In this document: positions 1-12,823 of the stretch, in pieces
Layout of the letters: the number at the start of each line of letters is the position of its first letter
Position numbering within the stretch: the first letter of the stretch is position 1
Assembly (NCBI GenBank): GCA_051362555.1
Contig: CM120643.1
Coordinates: 27,160,848-27,224,847 of the forward strand
Source: Lingula anatina
Taxonomy: Eukaryota > Animalia > Brachiopoda
DNA: 64,000 nt
Reading direction: 5' to 3'
Translations under genes and position numbers: made by a program
Notes under the pieces: generated by a model
What the model was told of the DNA's origin: nothing
The model's database searches: none
Seen by the model: only the letters and a program-made list of their open reading frames with translations

Positions 1-190
1 AGGCTGATTGGACGTGTTCTATTGTTCTGCAGATGTTCCAAGCAGTTTTTCTCCACAAATACCTGGCAGTGTAACAGGTGGGAGGCGTGCAGCTTCCTCA
101 GCTTTAAGCTAAAGATATTACACGGAATGCTATCTTCTGAAGGCCTGATATAAAACTCAATGTCGCTTGGGAATCCTGCTGGTCTGACTA

Positions 191-225
<35 letters not shown>

Positions 226-782
226 TAATAATAATAATAATAATAATTTATTGAGCACAAAGAAATTGTTTAAATTCACAGGTTCTCTAACTAATACATC
301 TATAAAATAATTTACGTAACAAACTATGCTCATCCACGCAGGGATAAACGCTTTTTAAATGCACTGTTTACTAATTTACATATGGCACTCACAGAGACTG
401 CGCAGAGACTGGATTAAGTAAAATAGATACGTAGTATATTGTCTGTTGGACCCTGCAAATTCACCACTGGTATGCAGGCGAACAGTATTTCCCGTTCGGC
501 TCTGTGTTCACTGTGCTGCATTCTGCAGAAAAACAAGTGTGCTTCATCTTCTATTGGGTCGCAGTGGGGGCATTTCCTTTTGTCTATTGGCGTCTTTGGT
601 TTTGTATATCGCCCTCTTTCAATTTCTAATTCATGATCACTGGTCCTCATTTTTGCTAAGACTTTTTTTTAGCTAAAGGAACATTGAGTTTTACATAAGG
701 TTCAGCCTCATAAGTATATTTAATTTTTCCATATGTTCCGAGTTTATTGTTTTCTCCTTTCTGCAATTCTTCCAAAAATTTT
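191..782 (-). mobile_element. 3' fragment of a non-LTR retrotransposon (LINE ORF2 C-terminus, 3' UTR and microsatellite tail)
   Basis: The minus strand reads KLGTYGKIK..YEAEPY..(frameshift)..LSKMRTSDHELEIERGRY..KRKCPHC..IEDEAHLFFC, the CCHC-type end of LINE ORF2. It ends in AATAAA followed by a (TTA)n tail, seen as (AAT)n at 191-246. Confidence 0.8.
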
Positions 783-1741
783 GACTTTTTTACTATTTCT
801 ATTGATATGGGGTTAAATAATCCCATTTAATTTTTGTAAGCAATGTCTCATCAGGCATTAGTCTGGACACAAAAGGAAAACGTAAAACTCCAGTTACATT
901 TTGAGATGAATTTTATTAAACTGAAACATTTACATGATACCCACCTTTGATGACGCTGTAATGATGAAAGGTCCAATATGGTTGGCAAAAACACACGAAT
1001 TGCCTTCACAGACAGATATGTCTGCATGCACTCTGTTCAATAAGTGCCCATGATTTACATGTAGTCGCAAGCTCTTCCAAATCTAATTAAGCCTGTATAT
1101 GAGTGAGTAGAAACCGTGTGTGTGGAGAGAGAGAGAGAGAGAGAAAGAAAGTAGCACACACACAGAAAAACAGCCTCTGGTCGTTATCCCCCCCCCCCCC
1201 CCCCCCGTGCCTCCTAGACAGGCAGTATCACCTCACTCCTGGTTAGAGCTATCTCTACCTGAACACCCGGTATACCGATGCACGTACCTACATGTACTTG
1301 GTATAACAGAGCACCGTGTGTTTCAGGCTCTACATTTATCTCTTATGTACTTCTCTGTTCATGTTCCAAGTTTAACTTTCCTTTATTTTTTTTTTTTCAC
1401 TTTGAGTCTCTTAGTAACACACACCTAGCAAGGTCACGGAGTGGGCCAAAGTTCTGTAGGATACAACTACAATTTTGTGTAGAAGGTGAAAAGTTTAATT
1501 GTATAACATGATCAGCAGATTACACAGATGAATTTCCATCAGAGCACATATTTGTTGTTTTACAGAATTGATGGCGCAGAATCTATGTTTCAAAGGAAAT
1601 AAATATCGCAACGGTCTGGAATGTTACGCAAGCAACACACCGACGGTAAGCCGTCGACCACACATGGAACCAGATATATCAGTGAAAAAGACCGCACACA
1701 TACCCTGCTTATGCAACTCGTTCAAAAATAAACTGTAAAGC

Positions 1742-4700
1742 ATGAACGACAGCAGGTATCAGAAGATCGGGAAGCGGATTCTGGAGCATGGTCAAATGAT
1801 CCCACTTCTTGATCCAGCCAAGAAGATGCAGGCAGGATCCCATAATAAATCGGCCCTAACGTTGCCTAATGACGTGCGCCACCTGCCTGGCAGTAAACCC
1901 ATGTCTTCCCTGGAGGATATAACCATGGGTGAAGATCAGAGCTCAATTCATAACGACGGAAGTTCCCTGCACGGCCACCACGACGGACCTACCAGCCCCA
2001 GGGGCAGGGGAGAGTCAAGATGGCGCTACTACGTGTCCAAGAGGAGAACGACCAAAGTCAAAGGCAAGACGAAATACCCTGTGATGTCTCAGTAGATTTT
2101 TTTTTCTTTTTTGCTGTTATTTTGAAACAACGATTTTAAGGAAATAAGTATTTAAAAGTTGGGGAATTATTGAGGAGATGAGTAGTTTGACCTTGTATCA
2201 AACAGATATACCATGTAGTATCCAATGCACTGGTCGACATTTAGCTTGACCTTCGGAGATTTTGTTTGTTAACTTCCATTTATTGTTATTATGTTTTATC
2301 GAATCCTATGTAAACGAGGTTTTGTAGAAAGAAAGATTAAGTTTTTAGTTTGTCAAAAGCGAATGGTTATAGTGTTTACAGCCGTCTTTGCTATCAGTCA
2401 CTCTTACTTTCTTCCATGAAATGAGATATTTAATTTAAAGTTGACTTTAGAAGCATTCACAGAAAAAAGTCTTTGTTAAATAAGAAAAGTCAAAATTTGA
2501 GTTCATTATATTTTTCTCTGTGTATATTTTTTGCGAGTTTCATTTCCTTTTTGAACCAGATTTATTTATTCATTTGATTTTATTATGGCATTTATAATGG
2601 ATAAATATATGTACACAATAGTACCGGTACATGATTGTTTTATTTGCTTCAGTTTTACGAGTTCTATTTTGACGATGTTGGTTCTGATTTAATTGCCATT
2701 GCCAAGCTTTACATGTTATTGTCTGTCTACTGCAGCAAACCCTCTCGAATGTTACCCATTTCCAATTCCATTTAATGCTTTTAACTTTGAATATTTTAAA
2801 CTACTATAAGTGAAAAATGGGCTTATATTGTGAACACGTGTTTATGAAAATTGTTTTTGTTACGAATGCTAAGGAAATGGAGTTAAAATATCGAAGAATT
2901 AAGACGATAAAACAACACTATGCCGGCATTCCAGCAGCGTTTACTGTTTATTTGTATAATTATAAATATTTTGTAAACAATTAAGGTGTCCACTTGATGG
3001 CCGACTTCAAGACCAGTGGCCTGGGGATCGACGAAATGTCCCCCACCTATCACACCGAGAGCCTTCTAAGGGGAGAGAAACAGATCACCGTGGATTGCAA
3101 TCGAGCTCTTATACATTATTTTGCACAGCTTGGCTTGCTAAAGGACGTAGACAGTCTCGATTTGGATTTTGTAGATTCACTGCTGACTTCCGGTGCCGAT
3201 GTCAAGTGCACAGACAAGAACGGCCAGACCGTGCTGCACGAGGTGAGTGGGGGTCAAGGTCATGTGCGGGGGTGTGCGGTAGAGGGAACAGGGCGTTCGG
3301 TTTTATTATGTTTTATTCGCTTATCTGTTTGTCAATTTATAGATTGACAGGTTTAGAAGAGAGAATGTCAATAAGGTTATTGAATTAAAGATAATTAAAA
3401 AAACAGATGATAAATACAACAAAGAAGCCTGGATATAATTATATATAAATTCGCCATGTCATGATTTTACAGTAGCCGCTTGCCGAATATGTGTATCAAA
3501 ACGTCTGTCATGTATCATAAAATAATACTCAGATAATGAATTTTTTATTTCGTTATTCGTTTCGTCCTTACCCTCATTGGACATTACTAAAATAAATACG
3601 TATTTTGATTAAAAAAAAAAAGGAGAAAGACATTAAAATGGTAAAAGAACAATAAACTTTTGTTTTCGTGATTCTCGTGCTATCGCAGCTCTCACCTTAG
3701 GTTATTTCTGAACACAGGGTAGCAACAACAGGTGGCTTGTAACGGAGGAAAGTAACCTGAGCCATTAATGCCACTTTAACGCCGTCTGAGTGGCTTGCTT
3801 TAGGGACGATTTTGGAAGACGCGCAGATCAAATGTCTTTGTTTTCGTTTGTTTTGATTCGTGTTTTTTTTTTTTTCGACATGCGTATAGAGTCTGCTCTT
3901 CTTACATGAGAAATGATTTCTGTTTTCGACATATAGTGTAGACCATTCTTCTACTTTATACTTAGGGCGGAGAAATTGAGATATCCATAACTAAGCAGTA
4001 CCATCTTTTATATTTGTAGAGCTTTCTGGTTCAAGATTTTCATATATAGGCAGACAGTAAGAAACCCTAATTTCAGGAACCGTGTGACATCATTTTTTAA
4101 TTGAAAATCACTAGAATAACTAAAAAAAATACCTATAGTCTAATCTTATGCTTACCGGATACAAAATAATGTTGATATTTTATGAAATTGTGTAGAATGA
4201 CAATGCAAAGGTTCCACTGTTCAACGTTTCTATCTTTGAATCAAAAGCATGTGCTTCAAATAACAAATTATAAATAAGTGTGTCTATTACGTTAAGAAGA
4301 TATCAAATGTGTTTATTATATACACTATTATACTTTGGCTGAAATCAATATGCGAGGTCAAAATTGATAACATTTGCTGAGGTCTGGAATACAGTATAGA
4401 GAATGAAGTCAGGAGTAAAGAGCAGCTGGACATTGGAACGCCGGTAATTGTTGGTGTTAACTCGACCCTAGCGCCACATGCGGCTGTTTGGGATGTCTGC
4501 TCCCCAGGGAGGCCAGGTATTTTCAGGATGCACCGGGGTCATGAATGTACCAGAAATAGAGTATAAATCGGACTGCTATTGTTTATTGGGAAAAGGGTTA
4601 TAAAACCAAGTTACCTTTAATCGAGTAAGTTGCAGTTCTGCGTGCCAGTCCACAGTAGCCTTTGCATATAAACGCTGAGTGGTACGGAAGCGTATCAGGT

Positions 4701-7700
4701 GTCAATTTCCAGTAACGGTGACAATTAAAAAGAGCATGGAGACGTTAACTGCATGGTCGTCTTAAGACACACAATGTACATAAGGAATTTACATACAGCA
4801 AACTATCAGGTCAATTGTACTGTGAAAATCAGCAATATTGCCTTTATCACCAAGGTGTACTACGTCAAAAATCGATCTGTAAATCTATTATAGGCTCTTA
4901 ACAGAAAATACACGCTGTAGTTTCCTTCCATCATGTAATTCACTGGTTCAAATCTCCGTGACGGGAGACACTCGATAACATACAGTAGGAACTTTCCACG
5001 CAAAAACCGGCCAATAGATCGTAATTTGTCAGTTTGGTTTTGGTTCGTCTTGGCGATGAAAGGGAATGTTAATATTTTGAGATGTTCTAACATAGATTTT
5101 AGAAAACAAAACTAGAACCCCAGTACATGCAGTATGGTGTGCGGATACTATTAGACGCCAAGCCAATATTGAGACATGTCTTAAAAAAGTGTGTTTATAG
5201 TCTGATGATTATGGCTCTGAAGTGTATGTTGTTGGTAAAGAAGACCTGGGCCGCTTCCACAAAGAACATAGTACCGGGTACGTAAGACTGAAAGTTGGTC
5301 TTTACTTTTAGTGCAGAGATTTCCATGTGCTCTGATCAAGGAATTGTCTAATTAACATCTTTGCTTTGACTCATTATAGGTTAGGTTATGCATGTACTTG
5401 ACACCAACGATGTACTGCGTCTATTTTATAAACAGAGAGAAATCTTTTAAATACTTCTTTTAGCGGAACTTTACGGTTTTGATGTTTATTGTTGTAGATT
5501 AGAATAATCTTACAGTTCAGCCCAGCTTACGGTCTTATAGTGTCTTGTAAGACTAGTCCATGACACCAAGGCCAAGGCCTGTAAACAAGTATTGCTGGCA
5601 GACTGTTCAGCACTCTGATGTTCTTAGCAGATATCTGAGTAGTTTTCCTGTAACTTCTTCGTCAAGCAGAACCTAGCATTTGTTGATTTTGATTAAGGAA
5701 AAGGTCAACAGTAGCGGTGCTCTACCCAAAAAATGAATAAAAAACAAATTAAGGAATTGATAAATTAATCAATGAAAGAACGGCAACAATAAATAAAAAA
5801 CATATTGTTTATAAGAATAATTTCGTTTTTTCATCTATCATAATTTTTTGTGCAGAAATCCTGAGAAGAAATCTTGAGAAATAATCTTTCAAATAGATTT
5901 CAAAACAACCCATGTATGAGTACAGCATTGTAAATGAAATATGAATAAGAGTAGAGAAATTGAAATTACATCCTTGGGTATAAAACCATTTGGTAATGTA
6001 TCTCACTTTACGCTCTTGGCAACTTGGCAAATTTCGATTATGTTTTTTTCTTAAGACTGCATGTAGATCCTTAGTGATACCTGAAGGTGAAAACCATAAA
6101 CCAAAGCCAAAAGTCATTAACGCCATGTGTTTAACTTTGCTACTACGACTTATTTTAAACTACATGTATGTTGTCTGGGATTTTACCATACTTAACATAT
6201 GGTCTTACATTGCACGCGCGAGTGTTCGCTAATTGCATTTGGTGTTAAGAGCAATGATCCCAAACTGAAGAGATCAACACATAATGATGCCTCAAAACTC
6301 AGTTAGAAAAGCTCTAAGGCCCCGAGGGTGGTTCAATACTAATAAAGACTTAAGAATAATTGGCTAATGTAACACACATGTAACATTAGCAGCGTATTGC
6401 AAAGCATTCAACACATTAAGCACGTTGAACTCTTCTGCTTGGTTATCTTACTATTGGACATTTTAACTATTTTAACCCCAGTATATTGCCACAACCTTTA
6501 CCTTCACCTCCTAGAAGACAGCTAGTTGAGTAGTAAAGAGTCACTTGGGTTCAGCCAAATATCTGCATTATCTTATGGAAATTCATTTTCGAACAAATCA
6601 ATTTTTGATATTAAAATCTTCAAAAAATTTAATACAAATATTAAACAAAAACAAAATTTTAAAACTTAGAACGCACATGTATTTGACATTTTAGAAAGAA
6701 TTAAAAACAGAAAAAAAAAAATATATATATTTTTTAAATGTTTAAAAACAGGAAGAGAAATAATTTCAAGTCAATTCCGGATGTTGATTTAACCCTTATA
6801 TGTAGAAACGGGAAGATGCATAAACACGCCAATCATTGATAGAATATGCCAAATACGTGAAAAGGAACAAGACGATAAGAATCATGTCTTACTTCAGTGC
6901 ATTGCTTTTATAGAAGAAAAATGTTAATTTTATGACAGGCTGAGCATCCTAAAAACGAAGTTTATGAAATCTCTTTAAATAATTTAATAGGAAGACAGTT
7001 CGCCAAATTTTCAGTATAGCATACTAATTCAAATACACTTTTCTAGTACACTTTTATCTACCAGTGTGAATAGGGCATACATATTAAGTATACAAGCATG
7101 TGCATCATTCCCCATGGAGCGGGTGTTGCAAGCCGTAGGGGAAAATTCACGATCGAAAAAGCAGCAGTTCTAATCAGTCCGATCTGCACCGCGATGTACC
7201 TACAATCAGATAATTCGTTAAGTTTATGTTTTACTCTATAGGTGGCGCGGGTGTGGCACGTGGACGTGGCGCGGTTCATGGTAGAGAAGGGGGCGGACGT
7301 GAACCAGGCTGATATGTACGGCCGTACTCCACTCCATATAGCCGCCGCCGTGGACTATCCGGAGATGATAGACTTTCTTATAGGACAGGGAGGTACCAGG
7401 CTGGCATGTCATCACTTACTGTTATCATTGCTGTTATTGTTGTTTGATAATTTGCAAATTAAATCATTGAGGACGGAGACCTATTTATATACTATATGAG
7501 AAACATCTTGTTCAATAATTATTTATGCAAGCAGGTAAATTTATATTAACTCTTAGAGTGAAAAACTGAGGTGTAGGACAAGCTGTTTAAACCTATATTA
7601 TTATTTTTCTTATTTCTGTATCTCTATTTTCATATGAAATAAGAGTAAAGTGAACTTTTATGGATGATGTGATCAACTTTTAATTTTTACGAATGTAGCG

Positions 7701-8643
7701 GCGCGTGAGGCTCGCACAGCGGTAGAGAACCAAACCCCGGTCCACTTTGCCGCAAAGAACGATGCCTGCCAGTCCCTGAAAACTCTAGTCAAGCATCACT
7801 GTGAGTACAAACTGGTACGGGACTACAAGGGGAGAACACCGGTCCACCTGGCTGCTGAATCCAGTAGGTTGCTTTTATTGGTTGAAGTATTTGAATTCAT
7901 AGTTTTATCATTTATCATTTATTTATTTATTTTTGCTTACATTTTTATTTATACGCATATTCGTTATAATCTATTCAATAATAACGCTATCGTAGCAAAT
8001 TTTCTTCTGTTCAGGCCATCTTTTTTATCATAGAATTGCACGCGTACAGTTTAAATCCCCTAAAAATGGGCACTATTCTTACACCTCAGCAGAACAGTAG
8101 CTCCCTGTATTAGCCTTATACTATATATTTTTTCACTTCATGATATCACTCAACGCCAGTGACTATCAAATCAGCGGGATTACGCATCCTGGGATTCTCA
8201 TCGTTAAATCAATTTTTGACCTTTTTCAGATCGTGCCGACTCGGCTCGGCTGCTCCTCGATCTTGGAGCGCCAGCGTCCGTCAAAGACAACAGTGGCCAG
8301 ACCGCCATTGTGTGGATGATAACACGGATGCCAGCCGTGGTAAATATATAGATATAGTGCCGGTTATGAATATAACGTGTTATTTACAACACACTGTCTG
8401 CGCCAGTGGTTTCTAGACTAAATGTTTAAATCTTAAAAGACCAACTGGCTGATCATAATATCATATCAGCCTATCAAACCATACTGCAGCAAAGTGAGAT
8501 ATGCTTCTTGTTTCGATAATAAATTCAAGTTCAGAATGCCTTAAGTGACTTTTTATGTTGTTTTTACCTATCTTTACCTCCGCCAAGGAGGTTATGTTTT
8601 CACCCCTGTTTGTTTGTTTGTTTGTTTGTTTGTTTGTCAGTCA

Positions 8644-8674
<31 letters not shown>

Positions 8675-11600
8675 ATCAACATAACTCAAAAAAAGTTATG
8701 GACCGATTTTGATGAAATTTTTAGGAACTGTCAGAAGTGGGCCAAGGAAAAGATGATTAGTTTTTTGTGGTGATCTGGATCAATAATCAATCAATAATCA
8801 ATGATCAAAAAGCAAAAAAAACAAACTAAATCATAATAGAATGAAAATTTAGGGGTGAAACGGCATTGGGTGGAGACTTTGCTGCCTTGGCGGAGGTCTG
8901 CGCTCTCGGAGTGCTTTTCTAGTCGTATTATTGTATTGTACATGTGCAATGTAACTCAGGAATTATCTTTGAATACACTGCAGATGTTTTTCCTTTTCCT
9001 TTCTTCGTCTATGTATCTTAAGTGTGCCCTCTTTCTACCTGCAGGCCAAGATAGGTCTAGACCAGTTCTACTTAAAGAACGGCACCAGACGCAGACAGTA
9101 CTTTTACCTGAACCACCTTGAGACGCAGAAGCCAGGAGAACCTCTGGACGGGAGACCCATGTCACCGGTAACCTGATGTGTGGCTTAAACAGACTCTTAA
9201 TGTTAAACAATATTTGATTAGCACAGATATGTAGGCTACAGGCGTAGACAATAGAGAATTTAGGACGATGACCGAATATTGATCATCTATTTTCTACCAG
9301 TGGTGTAGGTAAAGGAGAAATAGAGGCCGCTCGTAATTCATCAATATATACTAGTACAAAGGCCGTTTGAAAACATCTGGTACCCTTATTGAAACTGCAA
9401 TATTATGATATTCGTGAAATAAATAAAAATGGTACAGTTATTGCAATAAAAGAATGTGTTTGCTGCTATAAACACATGTCACTTTATCTCTCTCCACAGC
9501 TGCAGGCTATTGTGACAGCCAAACAGTTCGACCTCGTCATGCATCCGGTGGTTCAGCGGCTCATCTCCATACAGTGGCAGCAGTTTGGGAGGTATAAATA
9601 AACAAATAAATTTATTAAATCTTTATTTATTTATCTATTTTGTTATCATTATACAGCACGTGTAGTGAGCACAAGAGTAGGTTTCGAAACTCGTCTTTCT
9701 GACTTTCAGAGAACATCGAAAATACACTTTGGTACTTAAACAGTGTGATGATAGCCTTGGTTGTTAATATTATTTCAAGAAATAAAAATTAGTGATCTGT
9801 TACCCGGCCAATTATTCCTAAACAGGACAGGTGCCTGGTTAAACATGATGCTGAACCTTTTATTCATCTTGGTGTGGTCGGCCATTGCTGTGGTGAATGG
9901 TACGTACGTGGTGGAGGACCAGCAGAGAGAACATGTCGGCTATGAACTGCCACAGGATGTCTGGAGGGTGGTGCTGATAGTAAGTGGAACACAATATTCG
10001 CTTATCGGTAACATTGTTCTGTCGTAGTTTCAATTACAATTCAAATTACACGATTTTGGCCTTGCGACGTTGACTAAATAATTCATCTTCCAAATGAAAC
10101 ATTTTAGTAATTTTTTTTAATTTCATTTAATCTATTTTGATTTTTATTTCTTTGTCCAATATTTTAACCTGATCATATTTCAGAATGATGTTTTTTATTA
10201 TATGTATTATGTGTACGATTTTGTTTATGTGTTTTTTCTATCTTATACCCTTTGAGGTAGGAATAAAATGAATAATAAATGCATAAATAAATAATCACCA
10301 TTCCCTGGTTTCCAGGGTATTGGCGTTATTTTGTGGCTCATCCAGATACAAGAAGGGGTTCAGAACACCTACACCTCCATCAAGAAATTTCAGAGGTATA
10401 AAAAATGGCGGCTTGGAGACTTACAGAAGGACATCCAGTATTGCCATCCAAGATGGCCAGAAGAGGAAGAGTATCTGCAGGCGGAGAAGAAGGACTTGGA
10501 TCGCAGGAAACCACATTATTTTGATGACTGGTGGTAAGTCGTTTGGTGGTGTCTACAGTGCAACGCGAGTCAAGAAATGTTTTTCTCTTTTAGACCAGAA
10601 GTATTTGTTTACTGTATCTAAGGTTAAATCAGTATACTTGTACCGGGTATAGTGGCCCACAATCTGATTGAGTACATGGTATTTTGAGAATTTTTTACGC
10701 AATGGAATCTCTTTTGTTTAAGAAGAGCAATGGTTTTATCCCAGTTAACCAAATGATATTCTGAATTTTACTTAAATAAAGTTGCTAATGTTTACAAAAT
10801 AGTTGTTTTCAAATAGTACATAAAAAAAGAAAAGTTAAACGAAATTCAAAGACGGCGGATCAAAAGAAACATCTGGTATTGTTCCACTGTTCAACTTTTA
10901 CTGTATTGGATGTATTTTTTTTTTCTTTTAACATGTCAGGAACGTATTTGACTGGGTGATCTACACGTTTCTGTTAGTTTCCCTATTTTCCCACGTGACG
11001 GCGCTGTTCATTCATGATCACGTGGTATCCAGGACGAATATCCGGATCAGCGTCATCAACGTTATCTTAATATGGCTGAGGCTATTAAAAAGTGCTCGGG
11101 CGTTTTCTTTGCTCGGTGAGTATTTCTTTTGCCAATTCGATATGTGACCAATAAAAGTTTTGAATGGTATCATGTTGACTTCTCTTAGAAAATCTTATTG
11201 TTCGAGGCCACTTCAAATGTTAAATTGTAGGAGATAATAGAGAACTCAATTATTTTACTACATTTATTGTACGCACAATGAAATTCTTTCTCTGATTATT
11301 AAAATTCAGGTAAAATTTTGATTTGTTTTTCATATCAGTATTTTCCTTGAGACAGGACTATCTTCTGCCTCTTTCAGGTCCGTTCATCGTCATGTTAGGT
11401 CACATGCTGGGAGACGTGGTACGGTTTCTGTTCCTGTACCTCGAGTTTTACATACCGTTTGGTAAGACATCCTAAGCCAAACTTACTTCTTAAAGTGTTC
11501 AACGTTCAATTTATTTTCATTTTTTATTTATTTTAGTTTATTATTTATATTTTATTTAGTAGAATGACAAATATTCAGGCGTGATATATCCGTTTTACAT

Positions 11601-12673
11601 AACGTATCCCTTTCAAATAGAATGTCCGTTTTGATATAAATGTAGCATATCCGTTTTATTTATAAAATTTATATAATAATGTATAATAAAAATATAATAA
11701 AAATTAATTATCTCCTTGAAGAAAGCACATAATCCGGAAGCCCGGGCGTCTAATTCCAAGTTTTATTTAAACTTAATATCTGCGTTTTATAGCTTAATAT
11801 ATTTGTTTTGACCCATTCACTGTCCGTTCTAGCTATTGCCTACTGGCTGGTGTTCGGGGGAGAGAAGATCCAGGACGACTCGGAGGCGTTCCCCAACCCC
11901 TACCCCCACAATACCACCGTGTACATCAAGGGGTTTGAAGACCCTGCACGAATGATGTTCAGTCTCTTCAGGATGACGCTGGTGGAGAACTACGACTACG
12001 AGGTACGTTGCTGAACGACTTTCGTGTTTGCTGAGTTTCTTCATTGATGTATAATTTCTCATTTTCCGTTTATGAATGTATGATTATGTATACCCCCCAC
12101 CCCCGGTAAATATACGCATATTACTATGAGGTAGCTCGATTATATTGTAAAATGGAAGGGACATACGCGCATTTTATCTCAACATACATAATTAAGTGAT
12201 GTATACTGTTGAACTAAAATGGAGAGCTAACGTCGGTTTTTAGTAACCCGTAAAAAGCGTCTGGCTGAGAAGGATCCATCTTTATCTTTAACGTGCCTCA
12301 TGGTGTTTCTGTTGTTCTCTATGTTTAGGGTATGAAGCGTGCAGATTACATCATGGCTGACGTGTTAGTGGGGGCGTGGTTAGCTATCTCCGCCATTTTG
12401 TGTCTGAACCTGTTCATTGCACTGCTGTCTGATACATTTCAAAGGTAAAGAATATGTTGATATAAAAATGGTAAATAAATGCCCTTTTAAGTTTATATTA
12501 AGCAAAACCAATTAACCATGTTTGAGCACATTTTACTTTCATATTCAACTTTATGTATTTTCCTTTGAGTTATTAATTATCTGTTTTTCTTTTGACGCAA
12601 AGACATTATATTGTATTGCACTATCCATCTATTAAGTTGCAAGACACATTGAATGTTATTAGTAGTAGTAGTA

Positions 12674-12706
<33 letters not shown>

Positions 12707-12783
12707 CTGTAGTAGTAGTAGAAGTAGTAGAAGTAGTAGTAGTAGTAGTAGAAGTAGTAGTAGTAGTAGTAGAAGTAGTAGTA

Positions 12784-12823
<40 letters not shown>

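Noticed and set aside
1120-1428. 102-aa ORF with RERE and poly-Pro
   Set aside because: Produced by (GA)n and poly-C runs; no splice or domain support.
4410-4600. Possible SINE remnant (GCTCCCCAGGGAG core)
   Set aside because: Too degenerate to define ends or family by eye.
5245-5560. Possible old MITE (CTGGGCCGCTTCCACAAAG start)
   Set aside because: The right end matches only loosely and no TSD is discernible.
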